DNA of 32,548 nucleotides from the NCBI GenBank assembly GCA_041686675.1, contig JAWLDL010000001.1, positions 1 through 32,548 on the forward strand, written 5' to 3'. The translations under genes were made by a program, and so were the position numbers. Of this stretch, positions 1 to 10,326 are shown piece by piece. The notes under the pieces are model-generated. The model was not told the origin of the DNA. It did no database searches and saw only the letters and a list, made by a program, of their open reading frames with translations. Origin of the DNA: Spirochaetia bacterium. GTDB lineage: Bacteria; Spirochaetota; Spirochaetia; DSM-27196; PWMO01. Each line of letters starts with the position of its first letter. Positions within the stretch are counted from its first letter, which is position 1.

Positions 1-220
1 GTTCCGGTTCGGGCTCGGGCGCCGGTTCGGGCTCGACCTCGCGCTCGGCCTGCGCCGGTGCGGGCTCCTCGTCGTCGCTGAACAGCATGTCGAGGCCACC
101 GCCGGGCATGACGAACAGCACGATGACCGCTGCGAGCAGCAGAACATCCACGACGGCTAACACGATATTTATCCGAACAAGATTGCCGCGCCCCGATCCG
201 GGCTCTCCGTTGGCCGCCAC
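1..220 (-). CDS. N-terminal part of a membrane-anchored protein (3' end runs off the left edge)
   Basis: The minus-strand frame is open from GTG (220-218) to the window edge, with AGGAGG 5 nt upstream of the GTG. Translation is MAANGEPGSGRGNLVRINIVLAVVDVLLLAAVIVLFVMPGGGLDMLFSDDEEPAPAQAEREVEPEPAPEPEPE, i.e. one hydrophobic helix then an acidic/Pro-rich tail. Codons are GC3-rich. It is absent from the ORF track because it has no stop in the window. Confidence 0.4.
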   Translation of the reverse strand, partial: MAANGEPGSGRGNLVRINIVLAVVDVLLLAAVIVLFVMPGGGLDMLFSDDEEPAPAQAEREVEPEPAPEPEPE

Positions 221-264
221 TGGCTCCTCCTCATCATCTCCATCGGCCGATAGCGTGCCGACCG

Positions 265-293
265 TTTAACAATTTTCCGCATTTCATTATAAT
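265..293 (+). promoter_or_regulatory. Candidate sigma70-type promoter for the thioesterase gene (TTTAAC-17-TATAAT)
   Basis: TTTAAC at 265-270, a 17-nt spacer, and TATAAT at 288-293, in an AT-rich divergent spacer about 38 nt upstream of the ATG at 331. Confidence 0.35.
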
Positions 294-330
294 TGCTTTC
301 ACATTTTGATAAACACGAGTGTGAAATCAG

Positions 331-747
331 ATGGCGAATAAACCGCTCTATGTTGAAATGCCGATCGATGTGAAAACCTACGACATCGATTTCGGCGGGA
401 TCGTCAGCAACATCGTCTACATCCGGTGGCTCGAAGACCTGCGCCTGCGGATGCTCGACACCTACTTTCCGCTGAAAGGCCAGACGGAGGCCGGGTACGC
501 ACCCGTGCTTGTTCGCACCGATATTCGCTATCACCGCCCGGTGAAGCTGCATGACAAACCGATGGGAGCCATCTGGGTGAGAACGGTCGGCCGCTTCAAG
601 GCGCACCTCGAGGGCTATATCTCGCTGAACGGCACCGTGGTGGCATCCTTCGGCCAGACCATCGTCTTCGCCGAGTTCACGACCGGAAAGCCCATTCCCC
701 TGCCGGGGCGGCTGCGCACCCTCTACGAACGCGGAGCCCAGTGGTAG
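331..747 (+). CDS. Acyl-CoA thioesterase, hotdog fold (4HBT/YbgC-like)
   Basis: 138-aa single-domain ORF. The N-terminal pattern VKTYDIDFGGIVSNIVYIRWLEDLR is typical of YbgC/4HBT thioesterases (catalytic Asp followed by G-h-V-x-N-x-x-Y). Confidence 0.75.
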   Translation: MANKPLYVEMPIDVKTYDIDFGGIVSNIVYIRWLEDLRLRMLDTYFPLKGQTEAGYAPVLVRTDIRYHRPVKLHDKPMGAIWVRTVGRFKAHLEGYISLNGTVVASFGQTIVFAEFTTGKPIPLPGRLRTLYERGAQW

Positions 748-1502
748 CGGACGTCGAGACACTCGCGCCCGCCTTCTACGGCAGGCCCACCCTCGAGGTC
801 GCCACCGATCTGCTGGGAATGCTCATCGTTCGCCGCATCGACGACGAGCTCCGCATCGCACGCATTGTGGAGACCGAGGCCTACCTGCCGGATGATCCGG
901 CTTCACACTCCTACCGCGGCCCCACGCCGCGGAATCGCGTGATGTTCGGCCCTCCGGGACGCGCCTACGTCTACCTCATCTACGGAATGCACCATTGCCT
1001 CAACACCGTCACCGAACCGGAGGATCGCGCCGGCGCGGTCCTCATCCGGGCGGCGGAACCGGTGCATGGCATCGCGGCGATGTGGCGGTCCCGTTTTCCC
1101 GAAGCCGAGGTGCCGGCCGGTCTCACGGATACCGGCGACGGGGACCGCGTCGACGACGGCGGCGACATCCACGTAGACGCCCGGCTTCTCGCGCGCGTGG
1201 CAAGCGGACCGGGGAAGCTCTGCAGCGCGCTCGCCATCCATCGCGAGAGAGAAAACGGGGTGCGGCTCGACCAGGGAGATCTCGTTATTGCCCGTCGGGT
1301 GACTGTCGGCGCACACGGCGACCCGGCGGCGACCACCTTCGAAGCGCCGGACGGGCTCGAGATTGTCGGGGATGAGCGGATCGGGATCCGCATCGGGGCC
1401 GATCGGCCCTGGCGCTTCACTGTGGCAGGGAGTCGCTTCCTCTCGAGGAAACCGGACCCGGCTATTCGCCCCCGGCGTCATCGCCCGTATCACCGGAGAT
1501 GA
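741..1502 (+). CDS. mpg: DNA-3-methyladenine glycosylase (Mpg/AAG family)
   Basis: Hallmark motifs: FYGRPTLEVATDLLG, ARIVETEAY, DPASHSYRGPTPRN, MFGPPGRAYVYLIYGMHHCLN, GPGKLCSAL, PWRF. The GTG start at 741 overlaps the thioesterase stop. The 3' end overlaps the parB 3' end. Confidence 0.9.
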   Translation: MVADVETLAPAFYGRPTLEVATDLLGMLIVRRIDDELRIARIVETEAYLPDDPASHSYRGPTPRNRVMFGPPGRAYVYLIYGMHHCLNTVTEPEDRAGAVLIRAAEPVHGIAAMWRSRFPEAEVPAGLTDTGDGDRVDDGGDIHVDARLLARVASGPGKLCSALAIHRERENGVRLDQGDLVIARRVTVGAHGDPAATTFEAPDGLEIVGDERIGIRIGADRPWRFTVAGSRFLSRKPDPAIRPRRHRPYHRR

Positions 1503-2373
1503 TACCGGCGATGCGCTCGAGGTCGTCGAGCGAGTAGTACTCAATCTCGATGCGCCCTTTCGAGTGCGAGCCCTTCACGACCACTTTCGTACCGAGGGTG
1601 TCGAGGAGCCTCTCCTCGAGCTCACGGAGCTCGAGGGATTTCTGCGGACTTGTTTTCTCACCGTCGGCACCTCCCGTGCCGGCGCGCCCGCGCTTCGCCG
1701 CTGCCGACGACAGCGTTCCGGCGAGCTCCTCGGCCTGGCGAACCGAGAGCGCCTCGGTCCTGATGCGCTGGGCGAGCCGCGCGCGCCCCTCCTCGGTGTC
1801 GACGGAGAGGATGGCGCGCGCATGGCCGGGGGAAAGACGGCCCTCGGCAATCTCGGCCTTGAGGTCCTCGGGCAGGCGCAGGAGCCGAAGCGCGTTGGCT
1901 ACGGTGGAACGGTTGAGGCCGAGGCGCCGGGCAAGCTCATCCTGGGTGAGCGACGCGCTTTCCATGAGGCTCCGGTAGGCCTCCGCCTCGTCGATGGGGT
2001 TGAGATCCTCGCGCTGGAGGTTCTCGATGAGGGCGATCTCGAGCTTCTCTTCGTGGCTGAATCGACGTGGAAGGACCGGCACGCTGGAGAGACCCGCCCG
2101 CTGCGCGGCACGGAACCGTCGCTCGCCGGCGATGATGAGGTAGGTGCCGTCATCGGCTTCCTCGGCAAGAATGGGCTGAATAACGCCCTTCTCCCGCACC
2201 GATTCGGTGAGCTCGGAGAGGTGCTCCTCGGAGAACTGCTTTCGGGGCTGCTCGGGATTGGCCCTGAGCCGCTCCATGGGCACCGCGACGACGGAGGCTT
2301 GCCGGGTTTCCTCGTCGAGCTCCTGCCCCTGAATGAGGGCGTCGATCCCTTTCCCCAGGCGTCGTTTAGCCAC
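1462..2373 (-). CDS. parB: Chromosome partitioning protein ParB (Spo0J)
   Basis: Trimmed to the GTG at 2373, giving [15 protein letters not shown], the canonical ParB N-terminus. It has the ParB-box GERRFRAA and an HTH region ([24 protein letters not shown]). The start overlaps the parA stop by 8 nt (GTGGCTAA). Confidence 0.93.
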   Translation of the reverse strand: MAKRRLGKGIDALIQGQELDEETRQASVVAVPMERLRANPEQPRKQFSEEHLSELTESVREKGVIQPILAEEADDGTYLIIAGERRFRAAQRAGLSSVPVLPRRFSHEEKLEIALIENLQREDLNPIDEAEAYRSLMESASLTQDELARRLGLNRSTVANALRLLRLPEDLKAEIAEGRLSPGHARAILSVDTEEGRARLAQRIRTEALSVRQAEELAGTLSSAAAKRGRAGTGGADGEKTSPQKSLELRELEERLLDTLGTKVVVKGSHSKGRIEIEYYSLDDLERIAGIISGDTGDDAGGE

Positions 2374-3121
2374 GCTGCAACACCTCGTGGGCCAGTTTCT
2401 CGTAGCTGCGCGCACCGGCGCACTCCGGATCGTAGTGGTTGATGGGAACGCCGTGCGAGGGAGCCTCCGAGAGGCGGACGTTGCGCGGGATGATGGTGCG
2501 AAATACCCGCTTCCCGAAGTATCCCACGACCTCCTGCACGACATCCTGCGCGATGCGGGTACGCGAATCGTACATCGTGAAGAGAATGCCGAGGATGTCG
2601 AGCCGCGCGTTATAGGAGCTCTGCACGCGCTTAATGCTCTGAAGGAGCTGCGTAAGCCCCTCGAGGGCGAAATACTCGCACTGAAGGGGAATGATCACCT
2701 GATTTGCCGCGACGAGTCCGTTGAGGGTAAGAATCCCGAGCGAGGGCGGGGAGTCGATGAAGATGTAGTCGAACTTCTCGCGAATCGGGTCGAGGGCGCG
2801 CTGGAGGAAGTACTCCCGCTCGGCCTCCTGCACGAGCTCGATATTCGATCCGGTAAGGTTGATGCTCGAGGGGATGATCGAGAGGTTCGTGACCTTCGTT
2901 CCATGGATCGCCTGCCCGGCCGGCGCCTCTTCGTTAATGACCTCGTAGATGCCCGTGCCGTCGGTTGGAACACCGACGCTGCTCGAGAGGTTGCCCTGCG
3001 GATCGAAGTCGACGAGAAGTACCCGCCGGCCCGCGTCGGCAAGGTACGCGCCGAGGTTGGAAGCGGTCGTGGTTTTCCCCACCCCGCCCTTCTGATTTGC
3101 GAACGCGATCACATGTCCCAT
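2366..3121 (-). CDS. parA: Chromosome partitioning ATPase ParA (Soj)
   Basis: Trimmed to the ATG at 3121, giving MGHVIAFANQKGGVGKTTT (deviant Walker A), followed by LLVDFDPQGN. The upstream extension in the ORF track (MSGGQ...MFHVKH...) is read-through of the parS/promoter region. Confidence 0.93.
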   Translation of the reverse strand: MGHVIAFANQKGGVGKTTTASNLGAYLADAGRRVLLVDFDPQGNLSSSVGVPTDGTGIYEVINEEAPAGQAIHGTKVTNLSIIPSSINLTGSNIELVQEAEREYFLQRALDPIREKFDYIFIDSPPSLGILTLNGLVAANQVIIPLQCEYFALEGLTQLLQSIKRVQSSYNARLDILGILFTMYDSRTRIAQDVVQEVVGYFGKRVFRTIIPRNVRLSEAPSHGVPINHYDPECAGARSYEKLAHEVLQRG

Positions 3122-3131
3122 ATCGCCCGTG

Positions 3132-3160
3132 AGTATAGACAAAATTCCTCTTCCTGTCAT
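3132..3160 (-). promoter_or_regulatory. Candidate parAB promoter (ATGACA-17-TATACT on the minus strand)
   Basis: The minus strand reads ATGACA (3160-3155), a 17-nt spacer, and TATACT (3137-3132). Only 10 nt (cacgggcgat) separate the -10 from the parA ATG, and there is no Shine-Dalgarno there. Confidence 0.4.
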
Positions 3161-3178
3161 GGAAGGGTATGCGGTAGA

Positions 3179-3586
3179 GTGTTTCACGTGAAACATCTTC
3201 GTGTGACCGCTGCCGTCCTGGAGCGCGACGGCAGGTATCTGCTGTGCAGGAGACATCCGAACGGAGAGCTGCCGGGCAAATGGGAGTTTCCAGGCGGAAA
3301 GATAGAAGACGGCGAGAGTGAGGAGGAATGCCTCATCCGGGAGATCCGCGAGGAACTCTCGCTCGACGTCACGCCCCTTCGACGTCTCGGCGTTGTAGAG
3401 CAGGAACTGCCCGCCGGACATCTCTCACTCGTCGCCTACTGCGCGGACCCCGGGAACGGCACGCCGCAGGTCCTCGACCACGAGGAAATTGCCTGGGTTT
3501 CGCCCGGTGAGCTGCTGTCTTACGATCTTGCCACCGCAGACATCGAGATTGCCCGGTGGATCGCCGAGGACGCCTGCAAACACTAG
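3179..3586 (+). CDS. NUDIX hydrolase (MutT-like nucleoside triphosphate pyrophosphohydrolase)
   Basis: C-terminal 135 aa of the long 2333..3586 ORF. The Nudix box is GGKIEDGESEEECLIREIREELSL, preceded by AAVLERDGRYLLCRR...GKWEFPGG. The start is uncertain, with in-frame GTGs at 3179, 3188 and 3203. Everything upstream of about 3179 in that ORF is antisense to parA. Confidence 0.8.
   Translation: MFHVKHLRVTAAVLERDGRYLLCRRHPNGELPGKWEFPGGKIEDGESEEECLIREIREELSLDVTPLRRLGVVEQELPAGHLSLVAYCADPGNGTPQVLDHEEIAWVSPGELLSYDLATADIEIARWIAEDACKH
3180..3195. promoter_or_regulatory. parS: parS centromere-like site (perfect 16-bp palindrome TGTTTCACGTGAAACA)
   Basis: Exact match to the consensus ParB-binding parS sequence, located in the parA/NUDIX divergent spacer. 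Confidence 0.9.
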
Positions 3587-3638
3587 CTTCAGAATTGGCC
3601 CCATCAGGACGAAAAACAGACTAGGTGTGATATGCTCT

Positions 3639-3654
3639 TGTGATCGGAGTCACA
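3639..3654. promoter_or_regulatory. Perfect TGTGA-N6-TCACA palindrome (Crp/Fnr-family-type operator) upstream of add
   Basis: TGTGATCGGAGTCACA. An extra direct TGTGAT copy lies at 3626-3631. The site sits 75 nt upstream of the add ATG. Confidence 0.3.
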
Positions 3655-3728
3655 GGTTTCATCCTGATGAGAAATTTGTTAGTATATGGCGCAACGTGGT
3701 GGCGATGCCAACATAATGTGAAGGTCGG

Positions 3729-4811
3729 ATGATGACAAAAACCGTATCAGGTGCGTTCGATTCGGAGCACAAGGCCTTGCGCTCCTTCATCGCTTCTCTT
3801 CCCAAGACCGAAATTCATCTCCATATCGAAGGCCTCGTCAGCGTGGACTCGATCTGGAGCCTGATCGAGAAGCACAAGCTCGACTTCGGGCTCAAGAGCA
3901 AGGCTGAGCTCAGAAAAAAGTTCGACGTCAAGAGCCTCGACGAGTTCATCGACCTCTTCATCAACATCGTCCAGGCCTGCTTTCTCGAAGAGGATGATCT
4001 CGATTACCTCATCGAAGACGCGCGGCACTATCTGACACGCAACAATATTCGCTACGCCGAGATCTTTTTCGCGCCGACCAAGCTCATTAAGAACGGGCTG
4101 AGCTTCGCATCCCTCGTCGATAAGCTCGACGACGGCGCGCGCAAGCTCGCCGCCGACGGTCTTCACGTGCGCTATATCGTCGACGTTTCCCGCGGCTTCG
4201 GCCTCGAGAATGCCATGCGGAACCTCGACCTCACCCTCGAGCACATGACCGATCACATCGTCGGCCTCGGGCTCGGGGGAGCCGAGCAGACCGGCCCGGC
4301 CAAAGAGTACAAGCCGGTGTTCGACAAGGCGGTAAAATCGGGCCTGAAGCTCGTGGCGCATGCCGGTGAAGACCAGGGGCCGGAGTCTGTCTGGGATACC
4401 GTGAAGCTTCTCAACGTCGCCCGCATCGGCCACGGCATCGCGGCAATCAAGGATCCGAAACTCATGGATCATCTGCGCGACACGCAGATACCGCTCGAGA
4501 TCTGCCCGACGAGCAACCTCTTCACCCGAAAGTTCGCCACATCGATCGAGAACCATCCCATCCGCGCCTTCTACGATCACGGCATGTATGTCACGGTCAA
4601 CACCGATGACCCCACGCTCTTCGGCGTCGAGCTCACGGACGAGTACCTGAAGCTCATCGATCACGGTATCTTTTCTGTCGGTGAGGCTATCGAGCTTATC
4701 AGAAAGGGCATCGGGGCGACCTTCCAGACAGAAGAGCACAAACAGGCAATCCTCGCCGATCTCGATGCCGTGATCGCAAACAGCACCTTCGCAAGTAAGC
4801 TCTCATCCTAG
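3729..4811 (+). CDS. add: Adenosine deaminase
   Basis: 360 aa with metal-ligand motifs: LPKTEIHLHIEG (HxH), HAGE, and TVNTDDP (the Asp-Asp pair). GAAGG lies upstream of the ATG. Confidence 0.9.
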   Translation: MMTKTVSGAFDSEHKALRSFIASLPKTEIHLHIEGLVSVDSIWSLIEKHKLDFGLKSKAELRKKFDVKSLDEFIDLFINIVQACFLEEDDLDYLIEDARHYLTRNNIRYAEIFFAPTKLIKNGLSFASLVDKLDDGARKLAADGLHVRYIVDVSRGFGLENAMRNLDLTLEHMTDHIVGLGLGGAEQTGPAKEYKPVFDKAVKSGLKLVAHAGEDQGPESVWDTVKLLNVARIGHGIAAIKDPKLMDHLRDTQIPLEICPTSNLFTRKFATSIENHPIRAFYDHGMYVTVNTDDPTLFGVELTDEYLKLIDHGIFSVGEAIELIRKGIGATFQTEEHKQAILADLDAVIANSTFASKLSS

Positions 4812-4817
4812 TCCCGG

Positions 4818-5423
4818 CTACTCCCCGTCTGCGACATCCAGGAATACCGCACCGCTCGTAGCCTCGCGGAGCTCCTCTGCGCACCGACCCACAGCGCCGG
4901 CCGGCAGCTTGCCCTCGACCCGCACGATCTCGGTGAACCCCTCGTCCCGTATCTTCGCTCCAGCGTCCCGAAGGATCTTTCGCACGGGCTCGTAGAGCTC
5001 ATACGGTACCGTCACGGAGAACCCCCGCGTCTCCACGAGCTCCTCCACCGGGACACCGGCAAGCACCTCTCTGGTTGCGCCCGCGTAGGCGCGAACGAGC
5101 CCGCCGGTCCCGAGCTTCGTCCCGCCGAAGTATCGCACGATGGTTACGAGACAGTTGGTGATATTGCTCCCTTTGAGAACATCGTGGGCGGGGCGCCCCG
5201 CGGTGCCGTGCGGTTCGCCGTCGTCGCTCATGCCGAAGCTGCGGTTGTTTTCGTCACCGACTGAGAAGGTGTGGACAACATGGGCGCAGCCGGGGTTCGC
5301 GGCGCGGAGCTCTTCCACCCGACCCTTCACCGCGCGGGGGTCGGTGAAGGGCTCGGCGCGCGCAATGAAGCGCGAGTTCCTGATGCGCTGTTCTACACTG
5401 TGACTGCGTGTGGGAGTGTACAC
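4818..5423 (-). CDS. yigZ: YigZ / IMPACT-family (UPF0029) protein
   Basis: Motifs: IRNSRFIA, DDGEPHGTAGRP, IVRYFGGTKLGTGGLVRAY. GTG start at 5423. Confidence 0.85.
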   Translation of the reverse strand: MYTPTRSHSVEQRIRNSRFIARAEPFTDPRAVKGRVEELRAANPGCAHVVHTFSVGDENNRSFGMSDDGEPHGTAGRPAHDVLKGSNITNCLVTIVRYFGGTKLGTGGLVRAYAGATREVLAGVPVEELVETRGFSVTVPYELYEPVRKILRDAGAKIRDEGFTEIVRVEGKLPAGAVGRCAEELREATSGAVFLDVADGE

Positions 5424-5425
5424 AA

Positions 5426-5441
5426 TGTTTCACGTGAAACA
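5426..5441. promoter_or_regulatory. parS: parS centromere-like site (TGTTTCACGTGAAACA; 18-bp palindrome with flanks ATG...CAT)
   Basis: Second exact consensus parS, located 2 nt upstream of the yigZ GTG in the gyrA-yigZ spacer. Confidence 0.9.
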
Positions 5442-5538
5442 TCGCGGCCGGGGGCCGCTTCGCGCGGCCCGCGACAGAGGCTCGCCACCGGCGGCCCCCG
5501 GCCGGAGCGCCACGGCCCGCGCCCGGCGGCCGGCGACG

Positions 5539-7983
<2,445 letters not shown>

Positions 7984-8057
7984 CGATTACTCCTTCCGGG
8001 ATGCGCGCCGGCGCGGCGGGCCCTGGTGGGGCGCCGCATCTCCGACGGCTGTTGCTG

Positions 8058-9995
<1,938 letters not shown>

Positions 9996-10002
9996 TTACT
10001 CT

Positions 10003-10031
10003 ATTATAGCGATTTGGCAGGTGAAAGTAAA
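10003..10031 (-). promoter_or_regulatory. Candidate gyrBA promoter (TTTACT-17-TATAAT on the minus strand)
   Basis: The minus strand reads TTTACT (10031-10026), a 17-nt spacer, and TATAAT (10008-10003), about 38 nt upstream of the gyrB ATG. Confidence 0.4.
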
Positions 10032-10088
10032 GCAGCCGCAGCGCCCGCGGGAGGGCGCTCCGCCCGATCGGAAAGCTTGTGTACTACT

Positions 10089-10119
10089 TGTGGATAAACA
10101 CTGTTAATACTGTGGATAA
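10089..10119 (+). promoter_or_regulatory. Two perfect DnaA boxes (TGTGGATAA) 13 nt apart
   Basis: TGTGGATAA at 10089-10097 and 10111-10119, the complement of the consensus TTATCCACA. Both are in the same orientation, in the gyrB-dnaA spacer. Confidence 0.8.
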
Positions 10120-10206
10120 ATAAGACTGGTACCGCCGGCTCTGATACCTACACAGACGATACCCCCTTTATTTCGGCCCCGATCACGGAAATTCCGGTCT
10201 GAATCA

Positions 10207-10235
10207 TTGGGCTCATAGGCCTTTCATGCTATACT
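10207..10235 (+). promoter_or_regulatory. Candidate dnaA promoter (TTGGGC-17-TATACT)
   Basis: TTGGGC at 10207-10212, a 17-nt spacer, and TATACT at 10230-10235. The tandem DnaA boxes lie downstream, in the predicted leader. Confidence 0.35.
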
Positions 10236-10294
10236 GATTTTTCGTCTCCGGGGGTCTCTCTGCCCCTCTTGGAGGCACTAACTGGACGTTATAT

Positions 10295-10314
10295 TGTGGA
10301 AAACCTGTGGATAA
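10295..10314 (+). promoter_or_regulatory. Tandem DnaA boxes immediately upstream of dnaA (TGTGGAAAA + TGTGGATAA)
   Basis: TGTGGAAAA at 10295-10303 (1 mismatch) and a perfect TGTGGATAA at 10306-10314, separated by 2 nt, 12 nt before the dnaA ATG. Confidence 0.75.
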
Positions 10315-10326
10315 TTTGAGGCCCGT

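Noticed and set aside
87-269. A 60-aa + strand ORF (MSRPPPGMTNSTMT...) at the left edge.
   Set aside because: Its composition is low-complexity Ser/Thr/Pro and it has no RBS. The opposite strand has a better model, with AGGAGG plus GTG, a TM helix and GC3-rich codons.
3664-3671. CUGAUGAG, the hammerhead-ribozyme core motif, upstream of add.
   Set aside because: It is followed directly by AAA with no stem II. I could not find helices I or III or a cleavage-site UH in a suitable arrangement. This is a chance occurrence of an 8-mer.
3587-3728. A possible purine (adenine/guanine) riboswitch in the add leader, as found in some bacteria.
   Set aside because: I could not find the conserved junction and loop elements (a UAUAAU-type J1/2, the UUUCUACC-like J2/3, or the CCGACUA J3/1), nor a three-way junction. 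A cmscan with the Rfam purine model would settle it. I expect no hit.
5254-5442. ORFs beginning or containing MFHVKH on both strands (5254..5442 -, 5410..6450 +, and the N-terminal extensions of the parA and NUDIX ORFs).
   Set aside because: MFHVKH is simply the translation of the parS palindrome ATGTTTCACGTGAAACAT, which reads the same on both strands. These starts are artefacts.
10186-10196. 11-bp palindromes with a GAAATTC core in two of the DnaA-box regions: CGGAAATTCCG at 10186-10196 and CCGAAATTCGG at 17869-17879.
   Set aside because: They are short, the arms differ, and such palindromes are expected by chance in a few hundred bp. I note them only in case a genome-wide motif search finds them enriched near oriC.
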